From assembly GCA_963813325.1 (NCBI GenBank), contig CAWEYM010000004.1:386463-450462 (forward strand): a stretch of DNA of 64,000 bases, in the 5' to 3' direction. Position 1 is the stretch's first letter. Each line of letters starts with the position of its first letter. The position numbers and the translations under genes are program-made. This DNA is from an uncultured Acidobacteriota bacterium (GTDB lineage Bacteria > Acidobacteriota > Vicinamibacteria > Vicinamibacterales > JAKQTR01). The notes under the pieces were generated by a model. That model saw only the letters and a list, made by a program, of their open reading frames with translations, searched no databases and was not told where the DNA came from. Below are positions 25,330 through 35,266 of the stretch, piece by piece.

Positions 25330-27060
25330 TCAGTGCCCTCCCGGACGCCCGCCACCGGGCATCCCGGGCCGGCCCGGCATCAGCGGCGAGCGTGTCGGCC
25401 CGCCGGCGGCCGCCTGGGCCGGCGTGAGCACCTGTGTCACCAGCTCGACCCCGGGCTGGACCTCGCCGCTCAGCAGCTCGGTGTAGGTGCCGTCACTGAT
25501 CCCGAGGCGGAGGCGCACCATCTTGAGCTGGCCGCCCACCCACAGCCACGCGCGTCCGGAGGACTCCGTGACGGGCAGGGGGCCGAACAACGAGTCGATG
25601 GTCTGGCTGGCCGCGGCCGTCAGCGGGCGCGAAGACGCCGTGGCCGCCCGCCCGCCGGCCGCGGGCGCGCCCCCGCTGCCGGGTGCGCCCGGGCGCCCGC
25701 CGGCGCCGGGATTCGCCGGGTCGATGCCGCGCTCCCGCATCCGTTGGACGAACTGCTCCCGCTCCTCGGGTGACATGTTCTGCATGCGTTCCTGGAAACG
25801 CTGGCGGCGCTCCTCGGCGCTCAGGTTCGCACCGCTGCCCGGGCCACCCGGACCGCCCTGGCCCGCGCGCGCCGTCTGGCCCGCGGTCGTGGCGGGGGCA
25901 GGCGTCCCCGCCGCCTGTCCGCCCCGCGGCCGGGCCGCCGCGGCGGCCGCCGGCGCGCCCGCTGGCGTGTTGGCGGTGGCACCACCGGCGGTCGTCCCCG
26001 CACCGCCCGGGCCCCCGGCGGCGGCGCCGGGCCGCTGCGCGCCCAGGCCGCCGGTTCCGCGTTGAAGGTCGGGCGGCACCGGCAGGTTGAGCGCCGCGAA
26101 GACGTCCGCGGTCGGGCGGAAGCGCAAGGCGGCGTTCGGAATGCGCAGCACGTTCTCGCGCCGGGCCACTTCGATCGTCACGTTCGCGGTCATGCCGGGT
26201 TTCAGCTTCAGCTGCGGGTTCGGGACGTCGATGACCGTCGCGTAGGTCACGACGTTCTGGACCGTGACGGGCTGCAGCCGCACCTGCGACACGGTGCCGA
26301 TGAACTCGTCGGTGGGATACGCATCGACGCGGAACCGCACGTGCTGGCCGGGGCGGATGCGCCCCACGTCCGACTCGTCGACGCTGGCGTTGACCTGCAT
26401 CTTGGTCAGGTCGGCCGCGATGATGAAGATCGTCGGCGCCTGCATGCTGGCGGCCACGGTCTGGCCCACGTCGACGTTGCGCGAGATGACGATCCCGTCG
26501 ATCGGGGCCTGGATGATCGTGTGCTGGAGGTTCACCTGGTTCTGGTTCAGCGACGCCTGGGCCTGCACGACCTGGGCCTGCGCCGACTTGATCTGCGCGT
26601 CCGCGGCGCGGACCGCCACCTCGGCCGCTTCCAGGTCCTGGGTCGCGACCAGCTTGCGGGCCGACAGCTCCTGCGTCCGCTTGAGCTTCGTGCGCGCGTC
26701 GTCGAGCGACACCTTGAGGCGATCCATGTCGGCCTCGGACCGCGCGAGGTTGGCGCGGGCCTGCTCGATCTGGGTCTGGAAGAGCGACGGGTCGAGCTCG
26801 GCCACCACCTGGCCCTTGTGCACGATGGAATTGAAGTCCGCGTGCAGCGCCTTGATGATGCCCGAGACCTGGGTGCCGACCTGGACGGTGTTGACGGCCT
26901 GCAGCGTGCCGCTGGCGCCGACCGCCTCGATGATCTCGCCCCGGGTGACGGGGAGCGTCGAGACCTTCGCCTCGGCGTCGCCGCCCCGGTACTTGTAGTA
27001 GGCTCCGACCGAGCCTGCGACCGCTGCGAGAACGATGAGGGTGATGATGAGCTTCTTCAT
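25330..27060 (-). CDS. MacA/HlyD-type periplasmic adaptor with a ~165-aa low-complexity insertion
   Basis: N-terminal TM anchor, lipoyl/hairpin coiled coil (QIEQARANLARSEADMDRLK...) and beta-barrel domain. A Gly/Pro/Ala-rich insert (aa ~325-490) is followed by the membrane-proximal strands RAWLWVGGQLKMVRLRLGISDGTYTEL. Confidence 0.85.
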   Translation of the reverse strand: MKKLIITLIVLAAVAGSVGAYYKYRGGDAEAKVSTLPVTRGEIIEAVGASGTLQAVNTVQVGTQVSGIIKALHADFNSIVHKGQVVAELDPSLFQTQIEQARANLARSEADMDRLKVSLDDARTKLKRTQELSARKLVATQDLEAAEVAVRAADAQIKSAQAQVVQAQASLNQNQVNLQHTIIQAPIDGIVISRNVDVGQTVAASMQAPTIFIIAADLTKMQVNASVDESDVGRIRPGQHVRFRVDAYPTDEFIGTVSQVRLQPVTVQNVVTYATVIDVPNPQLKLKPGMTANVTIEVARRENVLRIPNAALRFRPTADVFAALNLPVPPDLQRGTGGLGAQRPGAAAGGPGGAGTTAGGATANTPAGAPAAAAAARPRGGQAAGTPAPATTAGQTARAGQGGPGGPGSGANLSAEERRQRFQERMQNMSPEEREQFVQRMRERGIDPANPGAGGRPGAPGSGGAPAAGGRAATASSRPLTAAASQTIDSLFGPLPVTESSGRAWLWVGGQLKMVRLRLGISDGTYTELLSGEVQPGVELVTQVLTPAQAAAGGPTRSPLMPGRPGMPGGGRPGGH

Positions 27061-27117
27061 GGCGACTCTTGGTCTTGGGGGCGGCGTCGCCGCCGCCCCG
27101 GCACCGGACTCCGCGAC

Positions 27118-30100
27118 CTAGTTGGACTCGGGCGGCTGCTCGTGGTGCATACCACGACGAAGGCCGGACCAGCCTTCCTCGAACAGCGTGTAGACCGTGG
27201 GGACGAACACCAGCGTGATGAGCGTTGATGTGGCAAGCCCGCCGATCACGACGCGGGCGAGGGGCGCCTGGAGCTCGGCGCCCTCGCCGAGGCTCAGCGC
27301 CATCGGCACGAGGCCGAGGATCGTGGTGGCGGTGGTCATGAGGATCGGGCGCAGCCTCGTCCGTCCTGCGAGTTCCACCGCCTGGCGCAGCGGCATGCCG
27401 TCGCGGCGGCGGAGGATGTTCGTGAAGTCCACCAGCAGGATGGCGTTGCTGACGACGATGCCCGCCAGCATGATCGTCCCGATGTAGGCCTGCATGCTGA
27501 ACGGCGTCCCGGTCAGGAGCAGGATGCTCACCACGCCGATGGCGGCCAGGGGCACCGAGAACATGATGATGAACGGGTCGCGCAGGGACTCGTACTGCGA
27601 CGCCATGACGGCGTAGGTCAGGATCAGCGCGAGGATCAGCATCATCTGCAGCTGGTTGAAGGCTTTCGCCTGTTCCTCGACCTCGCTGCCGAAGCCCACG
27701 CTGAAGTCGCGCGGCACGCTGAGCTGGGGGATCTGGCGCTGCACGGCCTGGACCGCCTCGCTCAGCGTCGTCTCGATTTCAGCGTTGACCCGCGTGATGC
27801 GTTCCTGGTTCTTCCGCTCGATCTGAACCGGGCCGGCCTGGGGGTTTACACTCATCAGGCTCTTGGCCTGGAGGACCTGGCCTTGCGCGCTGTTCAGGAG
27901 GACCGAATCGACGTCGCTCACGCGCTCGCGGTCCTCCTGGCGAAGGCGCACGACGATCGGATACTCGAACCCGCGCTCGCGGAAGTACGCGGCGGTCGTG
28001 CCGGCCACGTTCGTCCTGAGCGTGTCGGCCACGTCGCTCACCCGCAGCCCGAGGAGCGCGGCCTTCGGGCGATCGACATGGACGGCCAGTTCCGGCCGGC
28101 CCTCCTCGCGCCCGATGCGGGCGCCGGCGATGCCGGGCGTGCGATCCATCAGCGCCTTGGCCCCCGTCGAGAGCCGCCGCGAGTCGGCCAGATCGTGCCC
28201 GCGGATCTCGAGGGCCAGGCGGGAGTCGCCGCCGCCCATGAGCCGGTTCATCTGGAAGTTGCCGCCCGAGGCCCGGGCGCGCGCGACCACCCCTGGAATC
28301 CCGGAGATCCGCCGGCGCAGGTCCTGGGCGATCTGGTCGCTGGACCGCGTGCGCTCGGCCCTCGGGACGAGGCGAATCTGGAGGCTCCCGCGGTGGCTCG
28401 ATCCCCCGCCGAACCCGCCGCCGCCGCCGCCGTTGGTGATGACGATGTCCGATTCCGGGACCGCCTCCTTGATCAGCTGTTCGAGCCGCAGCAGGACCGC
28501 CTCGGTCCGCTCGATGCGGGTGCCGACGGGCAACTCGATGTCCACGGACACTTCGCCTTCGTCAGCCTGCGGCATCAGCTCGAAGCCGACGAAGGGCAGC
28601 AGCGCAAGGGCCAGCACGAACAGGCCCGCGCCGAAGGCGAGCACCGAGGGGCGATGGGCGAGGGCCTTGTGAAGGACCCTCCGGTACCACTCGTCGACCC
28701 AGTCCAGCGCCCGCTCGCTCATCGTGAACAGGCGCCCGCTCAGCCCGCGGCGCTGGTCGGCCGGCGCGGGCAGCCGGAGCATCTTCGAGCAGAGCACCGG
28801 CACGATGGTGACGGCGACGAAGAGCGACATCCCCAGCGAGAAGATGACGACGAACGAGAGCTGCTTGAACATGACGGACGAGACGCCCGACAGGAACAGC
28901 AGCGGCACGAACACGCCCATGTGCGTCAGGATGGACGCGAGGATGGCCGACCAGACCTCCTCGCTGCCGTCCACGGCCGCCGTCAGGCGGTCCTTTCCCT
29001 TCTCCATGTGACGGAACGTGTTCTCGAGGACGACGATGGAGGCGTCGACGATCATGCCGATGCCGAGCGCCAGGCCGCCGAAGGTCATCGTGTTGAGCGT
29101 GAAGCCCGCGAAGTACAGCAGGACGAACGTGCCGATGACCGAGATCGGGATCGAAACGGTGATGATCAGCGTCGAGCGGACGTCGCGCAGAAACAGGAAG
29201 ATGATCAGCACGACCAGGAAGGACCCGACCAGGGCCGCCTCGCGGACGCTCCCGATCGCGCGCTCGATGAACTTCGCGCTGTCGTCCAGGATCGACAGCT
29301 TCACGCCGGGCACCTCGCGGTTGATCCGCTCGACCTCGGCGCGCACCCCCTCGGCGATCGCCACCGTGTTCCCGCCCGACTGCTTCGTGACGCGCATGCG
29401 GATCGCGGGCTTCTGGTTGATCCGGGTGAACGACCGCAGATCCTCCGTCGCGTCCCGCACGTCGGCGATGTCCCGGAGGTAGACGGGCACGTTCCCGGTG
29501 GTCAGCACGACGAGGTCCCGCATCTGATCCAGGTTCTCGAACTGGCCCTGGCTTCGGAGCAGGTAGGTCGTGTCGCCCTCGTCAATCTCGCCGAGCGGGG
29601 TGTTCTGGTTCTCCAACCGGAGCAGGTTCACCACGCGGTCGACCGACAGGTCCAGCGACGCGATCTTCTCCTTCGACAGGTCGATGTGGATCTCCCGGCG
29701 CAGGCCGCCGTCCACGCTGACCGAGGCCACGCCCGGCACGCGCTCGAGCCGCGGCGACAGCTGGTTCTGAGCGATCTCCCGCAGCGCGACCCGGTCATAG
29801 TTGCCTTCCACGCCGATGCCGATGATGGGCTGGCTGTTCGAGTCGAACTTGAAGATGGTCGGGGCGTCCGCCTCCTCCGGCAGGCGGCCCCGGATGCGGT
29901 CGACGCGGCTCCGCACGTCGTCGGCGGCCTCACTGAGGTCGGTGCCCCAGGCGAAGTTCAGCCGGACGGTCGAGTTGCCTTCCGATGACGTCGAATTCAG
30001 AAGCTGGAGCCCGGCGACAGCGCTCACCGCCTGCTCGAGCGGTCGCGTCACCAGTTCTTCCATCTCCAGCGGGCCCACACCCGGGTAGCCGACCCGCACC

Positions 30101-30237
30101 GTGATGCTCGGGTAGCTCACGTCGGGCATCAGGTCGACCGGCAGCTTGCTGACCGAGATCACGCCCAGCAGGACGATGACCCCGGCGATCATGAACATCG
30201 TGATGGGGCGCTGAATCGCGAAACGGGGGATACTCAT
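27118..30237 (-). CDS. RND efflux permease (AcrB/HAE1-like)
   Basis: 1,039 aa. Begins MSIPRFAIQRPITMFMIAGVIVLLG. 12-TM architecture with two large periplasmic loops. Typical RND motifs throughout. Confidence 0.95.
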   Translation of the reverse strand: MSIPRFAIQRPITMFMIAGVIVLLGVISVSKLPVDLMPDVSYPSITVRVGYPGVGPLEMEELVTRPLEQAVSAVAGLQLLNSTSSEGNSTVRLNFAWGTDLSEAADDVRSRVDRIRGRLPEEADAPTIFKFDSNSQPIIGIGVEGNYDRVALREIAQNQLSPRLERVPGVASVSVDGGLRREIHIDLSKEKIASLDLSVDRVVNLLRLENQNTPLGEIDEGDTTYLLRSQGQFENLDQMRDLVVLTTGNVPVYLRDIADVRDATEDLRSFTRINQKPAIRMRVTKQSGGNTVAIAEGVRAEVERINREVPGVKLSILDDSAKFIERAIGSVREAALVGSFLVVLIIFLFLRDVRSTLIITVSIPISVIGTFVLLYFAGFTLNTMTFGGLALGIGMIVDASIVVLENTFRHMEKGKDRLTAAVDGSEEVWSAILASILTHMGVFVPLLFLSGVSSVMFKQLSFVVIFSLGMSLFVAVTIVPVLCSKMLRLPAPADQRRGLSGRLFTMSERALDWVDEWYRRVLHKALAHRPSVLAFGAGLFVLALALLPFVGFELMPQADEGEVSVDIELPVGTRIERTEAVLLRLEQLIKEAVPESDIVITNGGGGGGFGGGSSHRGSLQIRLVPRAERTRSSDQIAQDLRRRISGIPGVVARARASGGNFQMNRLMGGGDSRLALEIRGHDLADSRRLSTGAKALMDRTPGIAGARIGREEGRPELAVHVDRPKAALLGLRVSDVADTLRTNVAGTTAAYFRERGFEYPIVVRLRQEDRERVSDVDSVLLNSAQGQVLQAKSLMSVNPQAGPVQIERKNQERITRVNAEIETTLSEAVQAVQRQIPQLSVPRDFSVGFGSEVEEQAKAFNQLQMMLILALILTYAVMASQYESLRDPFIIMFSVPLAAIGVVSILLLTGTPFSMQAYIGTIMLAGIVVSNAILLVDFTNILRRRDGMPLRQAVELAGRTRLRPILMTTATTILGLVPMALSLGEGAELQAPLARVVIGGLATSTLITLVFVPTVYTLFEEGWSGLRRGMHHEQPPESN

Positions 30238-30302
30238 GCGCTCGGCTCCGTCCGTAGTGGGTCCTGTCCTGTCCTGACTCTGCGCGTCGGTCGCCTATGC
30301 CG

Positions 30303-31625
30303 TCAGGTCCCCTGGCGCGTCGGGCCCGGTCCGGCCGGCGGCTGTCCGCCCGGCCGCCGCTGGCCGGGGCCACCAGTGCCACCGGGGCGGCCGCTCCCCG
30401 GCCTGCCTGCGCCGCCCGGGCCGCCCGGCACAGCCCCGGGGAGCAGGATGGCATCGCCGTCGCGCAACGAGCCCGCGCCCGTCGTCACCACGTGGTCGCC
30501 GTCGTTGACGCCGCTGAGGATTTCCACCACGTTCGCATTCTGGAGGCCGGTCGTGACCAGGCGGAACCTGGCCGTCTTCTCGGCCGCCACGAACACGCCG
30601 CGCTTGCCTTCAATATCCACCAGCGCGTTGCGAGGCACCACCAGCGCGTTGGGCCGCTCCTCGACCGTGAACTCCACCCGGGCGTACATCCCGGGCTTCA
30701 GCCGGTTCCCGGGGTTCGGGATCTCGACTTCCATCTGGGCGGTTCGCGTCGACGGATCCAGCACCGGCGCCACGCGGGCCACGCGGCCGGCGAAGGTCTC
30801 GCCCGGGTACGCGTCCACCCCGACTTCGGCAGCCATGCCGACCTGCACGCGGCGGAGGTCCTTCTCGACCAGGTTCGCCACGAGCCGCACGAAGTGAATG
30901 TCGACCACCGACACCACCGGGGCGCTGGGGCCGACGAACGCCCCGGGATCCAGGGTCCGGCGGCCGACGAACCCGTTCACCGGCGACAGGATCCGCGAGT
31001 TCGCCAGGTTGATCTGCAGCTCGTCCAGGCGCGCCTTGGCCTGGGCGAACTGCGCCTTGGCCAGGTCCACCTGGGCGACGGCGGCGTCGTACCGGGCCTG
31101 CGCGTCGTCGAGGGTCTGGCGCGAAATCAGGTTGCGATCCGCCAGGTTGCGCGAACGCTCCAGGTTGGTGTCCGCCGACTTCAGGTCGGTCTCGCGCTGC
31201 CGGACGGTCGCGCGCGATACCTCGTAGGAGGCCTCGGCCTGGCGCACCTGTTCCCGAAGTTCCCGGTCTTCGACCTGGGCGATCAGCTGCCCCCTCGACA
31301 CGGGATCGCCGAGCCGCACGTTCACCGTCTCGAGGCGGCCGCTGACCTTGGGCACCACGTCGACCGTCATCGCCCCGATGAGATTGCCGACCACCGTGAT
31401 CTTCTCGGTGACCATGGCGCGGGACGTGGGCGCCAGTTCGACGGTCATCGTCGTCCGGCCGAAAGCGCCGCCCCCCGGCCCGCCGCCGGGGCGACCGCCC
31501 TGCCCGGCAGCGCCCGGCGCCCCGCCGCCCTGCGCGCTGTTGGACGAGGAGCCGCATGCCGCCGCCGACACCCCGACCGCCACGGCCAGCAACGTACCAC
31601 TCACGATATGGACGCTCTTGTGCAT
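30303..31625 (-). CDS. RND periplasmic adaptor (membrane fusion protein), lipoprotein
   Basis: Lipobox VSAAAC. Barrel-sandwich/hairpin motifs (RLGDPVSRGQLIAQVEDRELREQVRQAEA...). Gly/Pro-rich N- and C-terminal tails. Confidence 0.9.
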   Translation of the reverse strand: MHKSVHIVSGTLLAVAVGVSAAACGSSSNSAQGGGAPGAAGQGGRPGGGPGGGAFGRTTMTVELAPTSRAMVTEKITVVGNLIGAMTVDVVPKVSGRLETVNVRLGDPVSRGQLIAQVEDRELREQVRQAEASYEVSRATVRQRETDLKSADTNLERSRNLADRNLISRQTLDDAQARYDAAVAQVDLAKAQFAQAKARLDELQINLANSRILSPVNGFVGRRTLDPGAFVGPSAPVVSVVDIHFVRLVANLVEKDLRRVQVGMAAEVGVDAYPGETFAGRVARVAPVLDPSTRTAQMEVEIPNPGNRLKPGMYARVEFTVEERPNALVVPRNALVDIEGKRGVFVAAEKTARFRLVTTGLQNANVVEILSGVNDGDHVVTTGAGSLRDGDAILLPGAVPGGPGGAGRPGSGRPGGTGGPGQRRPGGQPPAGPGPTRQGT

Positions 31626-31670
31626 ACGAGTATCAATCCTGCTGACGTCGAAAAACCAGTCCCGGCCGGC

Positions 31671-33425
31671 TCAGCCGCCCGTCCGTGTGCTGCTCGAGGA
31701 GGTCGCCGTGGTCGTGCCGCCGCCGCCGCTGGACACGGTGGTGATGCTCGTGCGCGTCGACGTCGTCAGCTGGAGTCGTTCGAGGTCCACGAGCGCCTTG
31801 CGGTAGTCCAGCGAGGCGCGCAGTTCCGTGATCTGCGCGTCGAGCAAGTCGCGCTGTGCCTGCACCACGAAGAAATTCGTGGACATCCCGACTTCGAACT
31901 TGCTTTGCTCGGCCTCGAGCTTCTTCTCGGCGAGCTGTCGCGCCGCCGACGCGGCGTCGAGCCGGCGTTCCGTGCTCTCGACATTGAGGGCCGCGTTGGT
32001 GATGTCGGTGGCGACCTGCAGCTCCAGGGAGCGAATCTGGGCCTGCGCCTGGATGTACTGGACCTTGGCGCGGGCGTATGAGGTGTCGGCGGCGCTCTTG
32101 CCCAATGGGTACGAGAAGTTCAGCTGGACGACCCAGTTCGGATAGTCCACCCGGCCCACGCCCCTCAGCGCATCGACCCAGCCTCCCGGAATCGTACTGA
32201 GGATGGCGCCACCGAGGCCGGGCGCGCGTTCGAGTTGCGTGCCGCCGAGGCCGCGCAGGCCGTACGTCGCCACGAGGTCCGTCTGGGGCACCAGCTGGTT
32301 CTTGAGGTACCGGATGCTGATGTCGTTGCTCTCGAGCTGCCGCCGCGCCTGGAGCAGGTCGATGCGCTGCGAGAGGGCGTTCCGGAGCGCGCCCACCAGA
32401 TCGACGGGCCTGCGTTCGATCGTCGGCAGGTCGGTCGGGTCGATCTGCGCGTTCCAGAGAGGATCGGCGGTGCTGCCGACCACGAGCCGCTTGAGCGCCA
32501 GCTCGGCGGTGCGCCACGTTGCCTCCGCGACGGCCACGTTCTGCCGCCGCGTGGCGGCCTCCGCCTCGGCCGACACCACGTCGAGCGGGGCCAGCGTCCC
32601 GATTTCAACCCGGACCTTGTTGTCCTCGACCAGCTTCTCGGCCAGCGCGAGGGAGTTGCGCGCCGCCTGCAGCGCCCGAATGGCGTGCCACAGATCCCAG
32701 TACGCGTTCCGGGTATTGGCCTCGGTGTTGATCAGGACCGAGCGAAGCTGCAGGTCCGCGATGTCCTTGCTGATCTTCGTCGTCAGCAGTTGCTGGCGCG
32801 TCGAGTCGATCTTGAAGTTCCGCCAGAGCGGCTGGGTGTAGGTGAGCGAGATCGCCGTCTGGTACTGCGGGTTCAACGTCGCGAACTGGCTGGTCGTGTC
32901 CGTGCGGCCGTTGGTCAGCGACGCGGCCCAGCTGCCGCCGAACCAGGGTACGTTCTTCGTCATCCCGGCGTTCCAGTTGGTGCCCAGGTTCTTGGTCTTC
33001 TGGCCGCCGGTCAACTGGCTCGTCGGCAGGGGGCTGTTCGACGTCTCGCTGAACAGCGCCGTCAGCGTCGGCACGTAGCTGGCCTGGACCTGGTCGAACG
33101 CCAGTTGCTGGAGCTCCGGGTTCAGGCGCTCCACGGCCAGGTCGAGGTTGTTGGCAATCGCCCGCCTCACGGACTCGTCGGCCGTGAGCGACAGCACGGG
33201 GCGGTCCTGCCCTGGTAGCGTGGCCTGCGGCGCCTTGGCGTCGGGCAGTGACGCCTGCCCGGCCTGGAACTGCGCCAGGGCCTGCTTCACCAGTTCCGCT
33301 TCCCGGGTCGGGTCGGTGCCGCGCGCAGGCGGCGTACTCCCTGACGGGCTCTGGGCCCGTGGAGAGGCCCCGGCCACCGTCGAGACGATCATGAGTGCGA
33401 CAAGCGTCCTGCTAAGCCTGCTCAC
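31671..33425 (-). CDS. TolC-family outer-membrane channel
   Basis: 584 aa with a signal peptide. Two repeats of the OEP coiled-coil/beta pattern (AIANNLDLAVERLNPE..., ALSQRIDLLQARRQLE...). Confidence 0.85.
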   Translation of the reverse strand: MSRLSRTLVALMIVSTVAGASPRAQSPSGSTPPARGTDPTREAELVKQALAQFQAGQASLPDAKAPQATLPGQDRPVLSLTADESVRRAIANNLDLAVERLNPELQQLAFDQVQASYVPTLTALFSETSNSPLPTSQLTGGQKTKNLGTNWNAGMTKNVPWFGGSWAASLTNGRTDTTSQFATLNPQYQTAISLTYTQPLWRNFKIDSTRQQLLTTKISKDIADLQLRSVLINTEANTRNAYWDLWHAIRALQAARNSLALAEKLVEDNKVRVEIGTLAPLDVVSAEAEAATRRQNVAVAEATWRTAELALKRLVVGSTADPLWNAQIDPTDLPTIERRPVDLVGALRNALSQRIDLLQARRQLESNDISIRYLKNQLVPQTDLVATYGLRGLGGTQLERAPGLGGAILSTIPGGWVDALRGVGRVDYPNWVVQLNFSYPLGKSAADTSYARAKVQYIQAQAQIRSLELQVATDITNAALNVESTERRLDAASAARQLAEKKLEAEQSKFEVGMSTNFFVVQAQRDLLDAQITELRASLDYRKALVDLERLQLTTSTRTSITTVSSGGGGTTTATSSSSTRTGG

Positions 33426-33473
33426 AAGTACCCTCCAGCGGGTCCCGCTCGCCCGTCCAGGGCGGTGGAAGCC

Positions 33474-33902
33474 CTACCGCCCGCGTCCGTCACGGCGGCT
33501 GCGTTCCCGTTGCTCGTGGAGTGCCTTCATTTTGATGCGCTGATCCGGCGTGAGGATCCGGTGCATCCGGAAGAACATCAGGGTCCTGGTCTTGCCGAGT
33601 TCCGCCCGGGCCGCCTCGGCCCGCTCGACGTCCTTCATCACGTCCGCCTCGGACGTGGTCCCGTCGGCGATCAGGTCAGACACCCGCTTCTCGAGGCGGT
33701 CCAGGTCCTCTTTGCCGGCTGACAGTTTCGGCAGCAGGGCTTGGAACACCTCCTCGATTTGCGCGGACTGCTCGTCGGTCAGTCCAAGCTCGGTCTTGTA
33801 CTTGTCCGACTGCCACCACTTGAATGGCTGGTCCTGGCCGCTGGCGGCCGGCCCCGCCAGCAGCATGACGACGAGAACGCCCGCCACGCCGATTCTTGAC
33901 AT
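33474..33902 (-). CDS. Spy/CpxP-family periplasmic protein (LTxxQ motifs)
   Basis: Signal peptide, then LGLTDEQSAQIEEVF and ILTPDQRIKMKALHEQR (LTxxQ repeats). It is the first gene of the efflux operon. Start chosen at ATG 33902. Confidence 0.75.
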   Translation of the reverse strand: MSRIGVAGVLVVMLLAGPAASGQDQPFKWWQSDKYKTELGLTDEQSAQIEEVFQALLPKLSAGKEDLDRLEKRVSDLIADGTTSEADVMKDVERAEAARAELGKTRTLMFFRMHRILTPDQRIKMKALHEQRERSRRDGRGR

Positions 33903-34075
33903 GACATATCCCAACACTTCGGCCTCCAGGTCCAATTACGACTCGGGGCGCGACCTGTTTACTGGGATCATCGCCAGATGCACGTAAAATGGGCCTCGCG
34001 GGGGCTCCCACACCCGATCCTGGCGACGGGCACCGCGCGCATCGCGGCCTGCCGCCGCGGAAGAGGCGGGACCGA

Positions 34076-35266
34076 TCAGGCGCCCGCCAGCGGGTTGGCC
34101 AGCGCATCGAGGCGGGCGAGAACCGCTCCCACGAGATTGTCGGGCGTCGAGGCGCCCGCGGTCAGGCCGATGGTGACGGGTCGGTCCCGCGGGAGCCAGG
34201 CGGCATCGACCCGCTCGGCCCTCGTGCCGACGGAGCGGTGTCGGATCTGATCGGCCGACACCAGGTCCTCCACGTGCTCGACATGAAACGTCGGGAGGCT
34301 GGCGGCGCAGATTCGCGCCAGATTGCCCGTGTTGCTGCTGTTGTAGCCGCCGATCACGATCATGAGGTCCAGGGCCTGTTCCCGCAGCAGGGCTACCACC
34401 GCGTCCTGGCGATCCTGGGTCGCACTGCAGATCGTGTCGAAGGCGCGGTAGCGATCGGGCAGCGCCGCCTCGCCGTACCGGTGGACCATCGCCGCGCGGA
34501 TCATCCCGCCGATCTCGACCGACTCGCTCATGAGCATCGTCGTCTGGTTCGCGAGGCCAATCCTCTGCAGGTCGCGATCGGGGTCAAAGCCCGGCGAGGC
34601 GGCCTCGCCGAACCGGGCGAGAAACTGAGCCGGGTCGCCGCCCTGGCGGATGTAGTCGCACACGATTCCGGCCTCGTCCCGATTGAGTACGACCAGCCAG
34701 CGGCCATTCGGATAGCGGAGCGCCTGCGAGGCGGTGGCCCGGGTCTCTTCGTGATGGACCTTGCCGTGGATCAGCGACGTGAAGCCGTCCTGGGCGTACC
34801 GGACCACGTTCTTCCACACGTTCAGCACCGATCCGCAGGTGGTGTCCACCAGGGTGCAGCCCTGGCGGTCGAGCTGCTCCAGGATGCCCGTGGTCACGCC
34901 GAACGCCGGCAGGATGACGACGTCCGAGGCGCCGAGGGCCTCGATCCGCTCGCCCGGAGCGTCGAGGAACCGGATGCCGGCGGCCCGCAGTTTGTCGTTG
35001 ACGTGGGGGTTGTGGATGATCTCGCCGGTCAGGTACACCTGCTGGTCGGGGAACCGGCGGCGCGCCTGGTAGGCATAGTCCACGGCCCGGTCCACGCCGT
35101 AGCAGAACCCGAACTCGCGGGCGAGGTGCACGGTCAGCCGCCCGGCGCGGTAGGTGAAGTCGGACGCCTTGAGCCTCGCGACCACATCGCTGTGATAGTC
35201 GGTCGTGAGGTCACCCGCGACGGCGCCCTTGAGATTCAGGCCCTTTCGGTAGATGAGCGCAGGCAT
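34076..35266 (-). CDS. ispH: 4-hydroxy-3-methylbut-2-enyl diphosphate reductase (long form)
   Basis: LAREFGFCYGVDRAV, GEIIHNPHV, VDTTCGSVLNVW and ICSATQDRQ provide the three cluster Cys contexts of IspH/LytB. It has the N-terminal extension seen in ~400-aa forms. Confidence 0.9.
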   Translation of the reverse strand: MPALIYRKGLNLKGAVAGDLTTDYHSDVVARLKASDFTYRAGRLTVHLAREFGFCYGVDRAVDYAYQARRRFPDQQVYLTGEIIHNPHVNDKLRAAGIRFLDAPGERIEALGASDVVILPAFGVTTGILEQLDRQGCTLVDTTCGSVLNVWKNVVRYAQDGFTSLIHGKVHHEETRATASQALRYPNGRWLVVLNRDEAGIVCDYIRQGGDPAQFLARFGEAASPGFDPDRDLQRIGLANQTTMLMSESVEIGGMIRAAMVHRYGEAALPDRYRAFDTICSATQDRQDAVVALLREQALDLMIVIGGYNSSNTGNLARICAASLPTFHVEHVEDLVSADQIRHRSVGTRAERVDAAWLPRDRPVTIGLTAGASTPDNLVGAVLARLDALANPLAGA

